The translations under genes were made by a program, and so were the position numbers. Under the pieces are notes generated by a model. The model was not told the DNA's origin. It made no database searches and saw only the letters and a list, made by a program, of their open reading frames with translations. A stretch of 64,000 nt of DNA from Candidatus Bathyarchaeota archaeon (GTDB taxonomy: Archaea > Thermoproteota > Bathyarchaeia > Bathyarchaeales > Bathycorpusculaceae). How positions within the stretch are numbered: position 1 is the stretch's first letter; each line of letters begins with the position of its first letter. Below are positions 1-8,688 of this stretch, piece by piece. Location: assembly GCA_963702095.1 (NCBI GenBank), contig OY969706.1, positions 2,816,001 through 2,880,000 of the forward strand, written 5' to 3'.

Positions 1-177
1 GAGAAACTCAAAGATGCCAAAGTCACTTTCTACGTTATAGCTGCGCCAAAATACAGTGTTGAGGTGCAGGCAGAAAACTATAAGCGCGCTGAAGACGTTA
101 TTCAGAAAACAGCGGATAACGTTGTTACCTATATCAGTAGGGCTGGCGGGCAGGGCAGTTTTAGAAGGGAAAAGTAG
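1..177 (+). CDS. eif2a: Translation initiation factor aIF-2 alpha, C-terminal part (truncated at window edge)
   Basis: Frame 1 reads EKLKDAKVTFYVIAAPKYSVEVQAENYKRAE...GGQGSFRREK*, typical of the aIF2a C-terminus; conserved aIF2a-nop10-PAC2 order. Confidence 0.9.
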   Translation, partial: EKLKDAKVTFYVIAAPKYSVEVQAENYKRAEDVIQKTADNVVTYISRAGGQGSFRREK

Positions 178-344
178 TGGTTTGGCAACTGCGCAAATGC
201 GTAAACTGCAACGCATACACCCTAAACAAAGCCACTTGTCCCGCATGCGGGGGACCAGTTAGGATTCCGCATCCCGCCAAGTTTTCCCCCGACGACAAAT
301 ACCTCAAGTATCGAATGGCAATGAAAAGGAGCCAAACAGAATGA
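177..344 (+). CDS. nop10: H/ACA RNP protein Nop10 (missed by ORF track)
   Basis: GTG start; MVWQLRKCVNCNAYTLNKATCPACGGPVRIPHPAKFSPDDKYLKYR has the zinc ribbon and HPAKFSPDDKY signature. Confidence 0.95.
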   Translation: MVWQLRKCVNCNAYTLNKATCPACGGPVRIPHPAKFSPDDKYLKYRMAMKRSQTE

Positions 345-1111
345 AGGAAACCTACATTAAAGAATTCAGCGAAGTCCAAGCCAACAGCCCCGTCCTCATC
401 GAAGGATTACCTGGACTCGGACTAGTGGGCAAAATCGCTTTACGCTACCTTATCAAGCAGTTGAAACCAAAAAAAATCGCTTACCTCTACTCGCCCCATT
501 TTCCATATTTCGTGCTCGTGAACAAGAAGGGCAACGTGCGACTGCTAAGAGGAGCATTCTACTATTACCAAAACCCCAAAGGACAAGACATCCTCCTCTT
601 CACAGGCGACAGCCAATCTCAAACAATCGAGGGACAATACGAAATCGCCGACCGCATGCTCGACTTCAGTGAGCGCCATGGCGTAAAAACCATCGCCACC
701 ATAGGCGGCTACCGCATGGAACCCAAGGAGAAACCCAAAGTCTACATAGCCGCCACCGACCACGCCATCCTCCAGAGGGCAGTCGACGCCGGCGCAACTT
801 TGTCCACAGCAGGCAGCCCAATAGTGGGCACTGCAGGACTCATCTTGGGCGTAGCAAAATTCAAACACATCGAGGCACTGTGCCTACTAGGCGAAACACG
901 CGGCTACCTCCCTGATCCACAAGCCGCCAAAAGCGTGCTTGAAGTGCTAAAAGCCACTTTCAACTTCGATTTGGACCTCAAGGGCTTAGACGAAGAAATA
1001 GTCAAAGCAGAAACCATGGTCACCAAACTCCAGCAGATCGAAGCCAAACGCGCACTCGAAGCCGAAGAAACCCGTAAACAAGACGACAAAAAGACAACCT
1101 ACATCTCTTAA
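341..1111 (+). CDS. Proteasome assembly chaperone, PAC2 family
   Basis: IEGLPGLGLVGKIA and CLLGETRGYLPDP motifs; follows nop10. Confidence 0.9.
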   Translation: MKETYIKEFSEVQANSPVLIEGLPGLGLVGKIALRYLIKQLKPKKIAYLYSPHFPYFVLVNKKGNVRLLRGAFYYYQNPKGQDILLFTGDSQSQTIEGQYEIADRMLDFSERHGVKTIATIGGYRMEPKEKPKVYIAATDHAILQRAVDAGATLSTAGSPIVGTAGLILGVAKFKHIEALCLLGETRGYLPDPQAAKSVLEVLKATFNFDLDLKGLDEEIVKAETMVTKLQQIEAKRALEAEETRKQDDKKTTYIS

Positions 1112-2196
1112 ACAAAGCTTTTCTTTATTATTTCCACAGTGCGTTCAGCTGCGTGTCCATCGCCGAAAGGCGACACAGTCGGCAACGCCTCATCTTTTGC
1201 CACCGCCTCGTTTATGGCGGATAAAATGCGGTTCTTATCGGTGCCTACAACCGTGGCAAAACCTGTTTCCACCGCTTCCTGACGCTCAGTTGACAACCGA
1301 ATAACCAACACACGCTTGCGTATGCTGGGTGCGGTGGCTTCTTCTTGGATGCCGCCTGAATCGGTGATGATTAATTTGCAGTTCTTTTCCAGTAGCAGAA
1401 AGTCGAGGTACCCAAGCGGCGGAAAAATCTTCACGTTTGGCATGGCTTCTATTCTTTGGATGATGTGGCTTTCTTGGAGGCGCTTGCGTGTCCGCGGATG
1501 CATCGGGTACACCACAGGCAACGGCGACTTAGCAAATACTTCCACAAACGAATCCAACACGGCGGGGTCATCGACGTTTTCGGCTCGGTGTGCAGTCGAC
1601 AACGCAAACTCCTCAAACGGTATCTGCTGCATAATCTTGGATTTTTTTTCCGCGATGGGCAAATGCTCGTTAACCGCGTCGATGGCTGTGTTGCCGGTGA
1701 GGTAGATTTTTCCCCACACGTTCTCCTTGCGCAGGTTGCCGATGGCACGCTCTGTTGGTGCGAAAAGATACTCGGAGATGTGGTCGGTTAAGCGGCGGTT
1801 ATGTTCCTCAGGCATACGCAAATCAAAACTCCGCAAGCCCGCCTCAACATGGCCGATGGGTACACCACGTTTGTTCGCCGCCAATGCAGCTGACAGTACG
1901 GTGTTGGTATCGCCTTCGACGAGCACGATTGACGGGTCGATTTTGCACAGCAAATCATTAATCTTCGCCATGATCTCAGCGGTCTGTGCTCCGGGCGAGG
2001 CAGAATCGATTTTAAGCCAAAAGTCAGGCGCCGCCAGTTCGAGGTTTTCGATGAATTGCTGCGCCATGTTGTAGTCATAGTGTTGCCCGCAGTGCACAAA
2101 CACCATGGGCAAGGCGGCTTTTTTTAGGGCGCGGATGATGGGCGCCATCTTGATTATTTCAGGCCGTGTTCCCGTGACTACAACAACTGGCTTCAC
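1108..2196 (-). CDS. wecB: UDP-N-acetylglucosamine 2-epimerase (non-hydrolysing)
   Basis: GTRPEIIK, GDTNT, HVEAGLRS, MPEEHNR, TDSGGIQEEA, PFGDG; GTG start at 2196 preferred. Confidence 0.95.
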   Translation of the reverse strand: MKPVVVVTGTRPEIIKMAPIIRALKKAALPMVFVHCGQHYDYNMAQQFIENLELAAPDFWLKIDSASPGAQTAEIMAKINDLLCKIDPSIVLVEGDTNTVLSAALAANKRGVPIGHVEAGLRSFDLRMPEEHNRRLTDHISEYLFAPTERAIGNLRKENVWGKIYLTGNTAIDAVNEHLPIAEKKSKIMQQIPFEEFALSTAHRAENVDDPAVLDSFVEVFAKSPLPVVYPMHPRTRKRLQESHIIQRIEAMPNVKIFPPLGYLDFLLLEKNCKLIITDSGGIQEEATAPSIRKRVLVIRLSTERQEAVETGFATVVGTDKNRILSAINEAVAKDEALPTVSPFGDGHAAERTVEIIKKSFV

Positions 2197-2207
2197 GTTT
2201 GCTGCAC

Positions 2208-4238
2208 CTATGTCTTCTTTAAGCATCCTTCCCGCGGCTCATAAATGGTGCCCTCACGCAGCAACTGCCCAATCATACGTTCGATTTCGCCTCTGGGAAT
2301 CTTGTGCTTTGTCTCCAACTCATTCACTAATGCGTCGCGTTCAACGATGCCGGTGACTTTCTCCATTTCCATGATGGTTGAGATGACCATGCCTAAGCGG
2401 TCACGGATACTCTTGGGGCGCCCCGTCATGATTAAGTCGATGTCAACTTTGAAGCTGGACATGTCGATGCCTACTTCCTCAAGCGACCTCTTCATGATAG
2501 CTATGGCTGCTTCAGCATCCTCCTGGGTTACAGTGGGACGCAAAGCAACACGGGCACGGGCTTCGGCAACTCGGACCAGCGCTTCGAGTTGGCGGGCAGT
2601 GATGGCGACGGGGGAACCTTCGGTTTCACTGGCGGAACGCATAGCTAAGTAGAAGTCGCTTAAACGTTTTAGTGCTTCTTCGCTAAGTTCAGGTTTGACG
2701 GTTTTGGCGTAACTAATGTACTTGCGCAGCAACTCTGAGTCAACTTGAGCTTCAACAGGGCTTATTCCGCGTCTATGCATCTCTAGGATGTGGCGAGACA
2801 TTTTGCTATCCGATTCTTTGTTGGGGATGTCTCGGAGTACGAATATGAGGTCAAAACGGGATAAGATGGTGACTGGCAACGAAATGTTTTCTGCAACGGT
2901 GCGGTTGGGTTCATACCTGCCCAGCGAAGGGTTAGCCGCAGCGAGTACGGCGGTGCGAGCGTTTAAGGTGGCAACGATGCCTCCTTTAGCAACGGAAACA
3001 GTGTGCTGCTCCATAGCTTCGTGGATGGCAACACGGTCTTCAGGACGCATTTTATCCATTTCGTCGATACAGGCGATTCCTTTGTCGGCTAGCACCAAAG
3101 CTCCTGCTTCCAGCGACATACTTCCGCCTTTCTCTCTAACAACGGCGGCGGTTAAACCTGCAGCGGTGGTACCTCTGCCCGATGTGTAGAGTCCCCTTGG
3201 TGCAATACGCGAGACATACTGAAGCAACTGGCTTTTGGCGGTTCCAGGGTCACCGATGATTAAAGCGTTGAGTTCGCCTCTTATGCTCATGTCTGGGAGG
3301 GTTCTCGATACTCCGCCAAACAGCAGGTACATGACGGCTTCTTTTAAGTGTTCGTTGCCAAAGATGGAGGGGGCGATAGATGTCATGATTTTTTTGTGCA
3401 CTTGGGGGTCTTTGGAGAGTTCGAGGATTTTGGCTTCTTCCTCGGGTGTGGGAGGGGAGGTTTCGGGTTCTTTGCCTAGCACTTCGATTGAGTTAGCGTC
3501 AAGTTGAAGGATAAACGTGCGGAGTTTGCCCATACCCATCAGTGAAGGCGCAAAAGCCCGCACTACGCCCACGATTGAAACGTGGTCGCCTGGTCTTGCG
3601 ACGTCGACTATTTCGTCTCCAATCAGCTTAACCGCGAGGACCCTTGGCAGCTGTCCAGGCGGGAGGTCTTCTGGTTTTTCCTGTAGACGCAGGTCCTGTG
3701 AGTCGATGAAGTTGGATTCTTCTTGGCTGAACTCGAAGGGTCCGTCTCTGCCGCAGTCAGGCGCCTGGCAGATGGCTGGGGCTTTGAGGAACTGGCCGTT
3801 TTGCTCCACCTGGTTCATGGTTCCGCAACGTTTGCATTTGAAAGCCGCAATCTGAACCATCGGGCGGACGGGTGTGGCTCGCACAACTATGCCTTCTATC
3901 ATGACGAGTTTGCTCATTTGCCTTGAGCCTAGGCGACGCAGCTGCTCTTTGCCCAGCAGCTTTACGACTCTGACTATGATTTTGTCGATTTTCTCAGCGT
4001 ACTCCGCATCTTCGATGCGTAACTGTTCAAATGCACCTTTGCCGGCGTGCTGCAAAAACTCTTCAGGCTTAGCCAGCAAAAGTTCAGCCAGTGCCTGGTC
4101 GAAGCTGTAGAGTTCCTCAAAATCGATGGTTAAACTGTTTTTACCTGTAATGGCTAGCTGGGCGATTCTCTGCCGATATTTTTCTTTTTTGAAGAATTCT
4201 TGGAACCGCTGCTGGGGATCAACTGTTTCCAGCGTCAT
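2208..4238 (-). CDS. mcm: Replicative helicase MCM
   Basis: Zn finger, Walker A GDPGTAKSQ, IDEMDKM, SRFD arginine finger, C-terminal winged helix; no intein. Confidence 0.98.
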   Translation of the reverse strand: MTLETVDPQQRFQEFFKKEKYRQRIAQLAITGKNSLTIDFEELYSFDQALAELLLAKPEEFLQHAGKGAFEQLRIEDAEYAEKIDKIIVRVVKLLGKEQLRRLGSRQMSKLVMIEGIVVRATPVRPMVQIAAFKCKRCGTMNQVEQNGQFLKAPAICQAPDCGRDGPFEFSQEESNFIDSQDLRLQEKPEDLPPGQLPRVLAVKLIGDEIVDVARPGDHVSIVGVVRAFAPSLMGMGKLRTFILQLDANSIEVLGKEPETSPPTPEEEAKILELSKDPQVHKKIMTSIAPSIFGNEHLKEAVMYLLFGGVSRTLPDMSIRGELNALIIGDPGTAKSQLLQYVSRIAPRGLYTSGRGTTAAGLTAAVVREKGGSMSLEAGALVLADKGIACIDEMDKMRPEDRVAIHEAMEQHTVSVAKGGIVATLNARTAVLAAANPSLGRYEPNRTVAENISLPVTILSRFDLIFVLRDIPNKESDSKMSRHILEMHRRGISPVEAQVDSELLRKYISYAKTVKPELSEEALKRLSDFYLAMRSASETEGSPVAITARQLEALVRVAEARARVALRPTVTQEDAEAAIAIMKRSLEEVGIDMSSFKVDIDLIMTGRPKSIRDRLGMVISTIMEMEKVTGIVERDALVNELETKHKIPRGEIERMIGQLLREGTIYEPREGCLKKT

Positions 4239-4816
4239 TGCTTGTCGGCTCCGTTTTCAAGAATCTTGGCTTTCCATTCAGATATGATTTTTACAAGTTG
4301 ATCGTAGACTATTTTTTCCTCTTTGGTTAATTTGTTTAGGACTTGTTCGCTTTGACCGGGGCCCGAGGCTAAGGCGACGATTTTTTTGAGGCGGGAGTTG
4401 ACGATGTCGCGGGCTAAGTGTTTGACGCGTTCGCATTCCTGGTATTTTTCGGATTGTTGGCTCTGGGTGGCTTGGGTTTTTAGGTCTTGGAGGAACCTGC
4501 GGAGTTTAGGGTAGAATTCTTCGGGTAACTCGCTGATTTGCCCCGGCACCTGCACGCCCTCCTTCCACTGTGCCTTAAACAGTTTGGTGGAGTCCAAGAT
4601 TTCGTCTTCTCGGAAATGCACCATACCCGCGGAAGCTAACTCTTTTGCTACCCAAAAGTAAACTTCGTATTCGTTGCCTTCGTCGAAGGGTCCAACAATT
4701 AAGCCTGCCAACTTGATTTCGGGGCAGTTGCGGTTCGCCACGATTTTCACTGGCGAATTCTCATAGCAGAAGTCCAGTGTGCCTATTTTAGCTGCCAACC
4801 CGTCTATCCCTCTCAA
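4235..4816 (-). CDS. gins23: GINS complex subunit Gins23-like
   Basis: B-domain then A-domain (VYFWVAKELA, LPEEFYPKL, RLKKI); directly upstream of and overlapping mcm as in other archaea. Confidence 0.8.
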   Translation of the reverse strand: MRGIDGLAAKIGTLDFCYENSPVKIVANRNCPEIKLAGLIVGPFDEGNEYEVYFWVAKELASAGMVHFREDEILDSTKLFKAQWKEGVQVPGQISELPEEFYPKLRRFLQDLKTQATQSQQSEKYQECERVKHLARDIVNSRLKKIVALASGPGQSEQVLNKLTKEEKIVYDQLVKIISEWKAKILENGADKQ

Positions 4817-4963
4817 CCTAGCCCTTTTTTGGGGGTCACAAGTATAGCTTAGGTGACAGTTAAGGGTTTTGCATTACTACCTGTTTGGCTCTGCCATCTA
4901 TTGGAAAGGGAATTTAGGGTTTTTTTGCGCTTTTCTAGATGATTTTGGCTGTAATTTTGTTTT

Positions 4964-5090
4964 TTCTAGTGTTAGATGAAGGCAGAGTGCCCCTTACTCA
5001 TCATCTTCCTGTGGACTTGGTGGGCGGCTTTGTTTTGCGTTCTGCAACGGAAATGGTTTACATGCTGGTTGTGGCTGATTCTACAAGTAG
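4964..5090 (+). repeat. Dispersed 127-bp intergenic repeat, family 1, copy A
   Basis: Ungapped hand alignment: ~76% identical to 30030-30156 and ~81% to the reverse complement of 63093-63219; invariant core TGTTTTGCGTTCTGCAA. Confidence 0.92.
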
Positions 5091-5121
5091 GGATGCTCCG
5101 CCAAAGAACTATCGACTTCTC

Positions 5122-5346
5122 CTAAGCCATAATTTCTATTTGTGTCTCGCCAGCCTTAGCCTTAATGATTGTGGCAACCAGTTCACCCATGAACTTGCTG
5201 GCGTTTAAAATTTCAATCTCCACTGGCTTGTCTTTATCATCAAAGTTAACTATAACTGCCCCATGGTCTTCGGCGTACGCTATCTGCTTCTTGCTTAAAA
5301 GAATGCTGAGCGTGTCGCCGACTCCGTCATAAGTTACCTTAGTCAT
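5122..5346 (-). CDS. DUF2283 family small protein
   Basis: MTKVTYDGVGDTLSI...IVNFDDKDKPVEIEILNASK matches the DUF2283 pattern. Confidence 0.8.
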   Translation of the reverse strand: MTKVTYDGVGDTLSILLSKKQIAYAEDHGAVIVNFDDKDKPVEIEILNASKFMGELVATIIKAKAGETQIEIMA

Positions 5347-5348
5347 GC

Positions 5349-6599
5349 TTACGGCCATAGCCCCAGCGTCTTTATCGCGTTTGCAACCCGCCCCACACCC
5401 AGCATTAAGGCTCCTGTGCGCATGTCGCTTTCTTCCCTTGCCACAACCGCCTCCACATCGTTAAACGCCTTAGTCATCTTGTCCTCCAACTTGCGGTTTA
5501 CCAACTCCAAGGGCCACTGCTCCCGGGTCAAGTTCTGCACCCATTCAAAGTAGCTCACCGTAACGCCGCCGCTGTTGGCTAAGATGTCAGGTATGAGGCA
5601 GATTTCTTTTTCATGGAGGATTCGGTCGGCTTCAGGGGTTGTGGGTCCGTTAGCGGCTTCCGCAACCATCTTGGCTTTAATTTTGTCTGCGTTTTTTATG
5701 GTGATTTGGTTTTCCAGCGCCGCAGGAATGAGCACGTCGCATGGCAGTTCAAGCAACTCCTCGTTGGTTATGTTCTTGCAGCCCCTAAAGCCCTGTACAG
5801 ATTTGGACTTCTCCTTATATGCCAAAACCGCTGTTGGGTTTAAGCCGTCGGGGCAGTAGATGCCGCCTGTACTATCGCTGACCGCAACTACTTTGCAGCC
5901 GATTTCCCCCGCTGCCACCGCCGCGTTGTAGCCAACGTTGCCAAAGCCCTGAATCACAACCGAGGCACCCTTGAGTTTTAAGCCGTTGTTCTGTGATGCC
6001 TGTTTGACGCAGTGGATGACGCCTCTGCCTGTGGCTTCTGTGCGTCCCCATGAACCGCCGATGTCTACTGGTTTGCCCGTTACCGATTCGGGGATGCGGT
6101 GGCCTTTTAGTTGGCTGTAGGTGTCCATTATCCACGCCATGGTTTGGGCGTCGGTGTACATGTCGGGGGCGGGTATGTCGAGGTGGGGTCCCAAGTATTC
6201 GATTATTAAGCTGACGTAGCGGCGTGTGAGGCGTTCGAGCTCTTGTTGGCTGAGTTTTTTTGAATCCACGCATACGCCGCCTTTGGCTCCTCCAAACGGG
6301 ATGTCGGCTATTGCACATTTCCACGTCATAAGCATAGCTAACGCGGTTACGTCGTCGAGGGTTATGTTGGGGGAGTAGCGGATGCCGCCCTTAAATGGGC
6401 CACGAGCGTCCCAATGCTGCACGCGAATGCCTTTGAACACACCCACCGACCCGTCGTCAAGGTGAATGTCCATGCTCACTATCATGGAGCGTTTGGGGTG
6501 GCTAAGCATCTTTTTCATGCCCTCGTCAAGTTCAAGTTTGTCTGTTGCCAGATGAAGCTGAGATAGGGCAACATTTAGAGAAGTTTGTCCCTCTGACAT
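5349..6599 (-). CDS. gdhA: Glutamate dehydrogenase (Glu/Leu/Phe/Val family)
   Basis: GPFKGGIRY, GGAKGG, IPAPDMYT, QGFGNVG, EAANGP, SYFEWVQN. Confidence 0.97.
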   Translation of the reverse strand: MSEGQTSLNVALSQLHLATDKLELDEGMKKMLSHPKRSMIVSMDIHLDDGSVGVFKGIRVQHWDARGPFKGGIRYSPNITLDDVTALAMLMTWKCAIADIPFGGAKGGVCVDSKKLSQQELERLTRRYVSLIIEYLGPHLDIPAPDMYTDAQTMAWIMDTYSQLKGHRIPESVTGKPVDIGGSWGRTEATGRGVIHCVKQASQNNGLKLKGASVVIQGFGNVGYNAAVAAGEIGCKVVAVSDSTGGIYCPDGLNPTAVLAYKEKSKSVQGFRGCKNITNEELLELPCDVLIPAALENQITIKNADKIKAKMVAEAANGPTTPEADRILHEKEICLIPDILANSGGVTVSYFEWVQNLTREQWPLELVNRKLEDKMTKAFNDVEAVVAREESDMRTGALMLGVGRVANAIKTLGLWP

Positions 6600-6799
6600 G
6601 ATTGAGCCTCTATGTGAAAATCATAATTGGTGTTGATTAAATAAGAGTTCGCTTAATCGTTTTTACCTATTTAGCAGATGCTCTCTACACTATGACTTAG
6701 CTGGAATTGCGAGTCTACCTCTGCAGTTTCGGATGAGCGCTTTTTTGGCTGCAAAGGTTTTTATCCCACAATCTACTGCCGTCTAATGAGGAATCTTTT

Positions 6800-7389
6800 G
6801 TGAGCAATTTAGAATCCAGCAAGAACCTAGCGGGCATAGGCTCCATTTTGCTCTTATTCGGCTTTGCCCCCTTCGGAGGCTGGGTCATCGGCATCATCGG
6901 CGTAATATTGCTCCTCATGGGCATCAAAGGACTCTTGTTCTACTACCAAGACCCCGCGATCTATCAAAGTGCTCTCTCAGGCGGCGTCCTATACATAATC
7001 GCCCTCATCGCAACCGCGGTTTCGCTGGGCGGATTATCTCTAAGCGGCATGTTTAGCGCCGCAACATTGGGCGGCTTGTTTGGGATAGGCATTGGTCTCT
7101 TCCTCTTTATCGTCGGATTAGTCATTGCCTTCATCTTCTTTGTCTTAGCCGCCACACGTATACGGCGATGCCTAGCCAAAATAGGTGAACACTCAGGCAT
7201 ACACCTGTTCGAAACCGCTGGCCTCATCCTCTTTATCGGCGCGATTTTAACCATCGTGTTTGTGGGCCTCCGCCTCCAACCACACAACCGCCTTCACAAG
7301 CCACCCGTTACTGCCCCTACTGCGGCGCACCAGTCGATAAAGCCGCCACCTTCTGCCCCAACTGCGGCAGGCAGCTACCATCATCCTAG
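6800..7389 (+). pseudogene. DUF996-family membrane protein with out-of-frame C-terminal zinc ribbon (internal deletion near 7268)
   Basis: Paralog of 38817-39455; last TM helix missing after IVFVGL; another frame gives PPPTTQPPSQATRYCPYCGAPVDKAATFCPNCGRQLPSS* ending at 7389. Confidence 0.75.
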
Positions 7390-7475
7390 CCCTCTTTTTC
7401 TTTGTGGCACCCAGCATGCAACCACACATCTTTAAGAAGAAAGCAAACTCGCTCTAGAATTGATGTGACACATCT

Positions 7476-7703
7476 ATGTTTAGAAATTTCTTTTTTGGTA
7501 ACCACTCACCCGTCCGCTCGGCTTCCCCCAGAATCCCCCAAGCTCCACCCGTACCAGAGGAGCCGCTTGAGAACATGCCGCGCAGCAACTTGGTATGCGA
7601 GATATGCGGGAAAACCTTTAGGACTCACAGTCAACTCGACCGCCACTTGGAAAACATGCATGGGCATCCAGAGAAAACCCACATCAAGCCACACACAGAA
7701 TAA
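7476..7703 (+). CDS. Small C2H2 zinc-finger protein
   Basis: CEICGKTFRTHSQLDRHLENMH fits C-x2-C-x3-F-x5-L-x2-H-x4-H. Confidence 0.7.
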   Translation: MFRNFFFGNHSPVRSASPRIPQAPPVPEEPLENMPRSNLVCEICGKTFRTHSQLDRHLENMHGHPEKTHIKPHTE

Positions 7704-7718
7704 CCAAGATAAGATTTT

Positions 7719-7772
7719 GTGCTCTGGTTCGGGATTCGAACCTGAGTCATCGACTCTAAAGGTCGATATACT
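7719..7772 (-). repeat. Decayed duplicate of the 3' portion of tRNA-Glu (att-like remnant)
   Basis: gtgctctggttcgggattcgaacctgagtcatcgactctaaaggtcgatatact aligns with 8543-8595; 5' acceptor strand and most of the D-arm absent. Confidence 0.85.
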
Positions 7773-7816
7773 ATGGATGTGCCCGAAACAATCTATATAA
7801 CCGCAAGGCGTATATT

Positions 7817-7844
7817 TCCCACTGTGGGATTAATTCCTGTGGGA
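7817..7844 (+). promoter_or_regulatory. Putative antitoxin operator
   Basis: Perfect inverted repeat TCCCAC-T-GTGGGA plus a second CTGTGGGA half-site just upstream of the antitoxin ATG. Confidence 0.55.
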
Positions 7845-7848
7845 AAAA

Positions 7849-8103
7849 ATGGATCAAGAGGTCATAGTTGACGAAAAAGGCAGAATTCTAATACCAAAAG
7901 AAGCCCGTGAAAAGATAGGGTTGCAAACAGGCGGTAAAGCAAGGCTAAGAATAGAAAAAGAAAAACTAATCATAACGCCTCCTGTTTCACCAGAAGAATT
8001 TATTAAAGAATTAGAGGGATGCATCAAAAAAGGCACACCTGTTATTGACCCGTTGGACCTCAAGAAAATGTGGGAACCAAAAGTAAAGCAGGCGAAAAAT
8101 TGA
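7849..8103 (+). CDS. vapB: AbrB/MazE-type antitoxin (VapB)
   Basis: VDEKGRILIPKEAREKIGL AbrB motif; TTGA overlap with downstream PIN gene. Confidence 0.88.
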   Translation: MDQEVIVDEKGRILIPKEAREKIGLQTGGKARLRIEKEKLIITPPVSPEEFIKELEGCIKKGTPVIDPLDLKKMWEPKVKQAKN

Positions 8104-8534
8104 TTTTTATTGACTCCAACATTTGGTGCTATTATTTTGATCAGCGCCTGCCTGAACATCAATTGGTACGTGAACCAATTCGACAAATACTTATGTCCTC
8201 TCAGGAGATTATCTGCAACACAATTGTAGTGATGGAAATTGCTCATTATCTTGTCAGACACTTTTGTGAAGATGATGCTAGAATCAAAATTGAACACTTC
8301 ATCAAGTTGGGTAACATGAGAATCATAGATTTTGACGCTAAGATAATGACTGAGAGTCTAGATACTCTTTTGAATTACAATTACAGCCATGGATTAGGTG
8401 GTAGAGACTCAACCATATTGGCAACCATGAACTTACATGACATTAAAACGCTAATGACCCATGATGATGTATTAAAAAGGATATCTAACAAAACACATTA
8501 CAATATAATCGATCCTGCAACAAAAAATCAATAG
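8100..8534 (+). CDS. vapC: PIN-domain toxin (VapC)
   Basis: IFIDSNIW, VVMEI, GRDSTILA, LMTHD acidic PIN residues; TTG start at 8100. Confidence 0.88.
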   Translation: MIFIDSNIWCYYFDQRLPEHQLVREPIRQILMSSQEIICNTIVVMEIAHYLVRHFCEDDARIKIEHFIKLGNMRIIDFDAKIMTESLDTLLNYNYSHGLGGRDSTILATMNLHDIKTLMTHDDVLKRISNKTHYNIIDPATKNQ

Positions 8535-8543
8535 AATTTGTAG

Positions 8544-8618
8544 TGCTCCGGCCGGGATTCGAACCCGGGTCGCCGACTCGAAAGGCCGGCATACTTGACC
8601 GGACTATACTACCGGAGC
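8544..8618 (-). tRNA. tRNA-Glu (TTC), intronless
   Basis: Reverse complement folds as a cloverleaf: acceptor GCTCCGG/CCGGAGC, anticodon arm CCGGC-CTTTCGA-GTCGG, T-loop TTCGAAT. Confidence 0.96.
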
Positions 8619-8688
8619 GCCAATGCTAGAAGCATCAAGCAGAATACAATTTCCCTCGAATAAACATTACCCTTCCACAAAGGCTGTT

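Noticed and set aside
2208-4238. Inteins in MCM (also checked RtcB, TFB and the radical SAM protein)
   Set aside because: Lengths and motifs are uninterrupted
4939-5208. ORF-track peptides at 4939, 29993 and 63104 sharing LDEGRxPLTHHLPxDLxxGFVLRSAT
   Set aside because: Differences fall mainly at codon position 2 and starts and stops are not shared; the similarity reflects the DNA repeat, not a protein family
7719-7800. Functional ochre-suppressor tRNA
   Set aside because: No 5' acceptor strand or complete D-arm; insertion at the acceptor/T-stem junction and a T-stem mismatch
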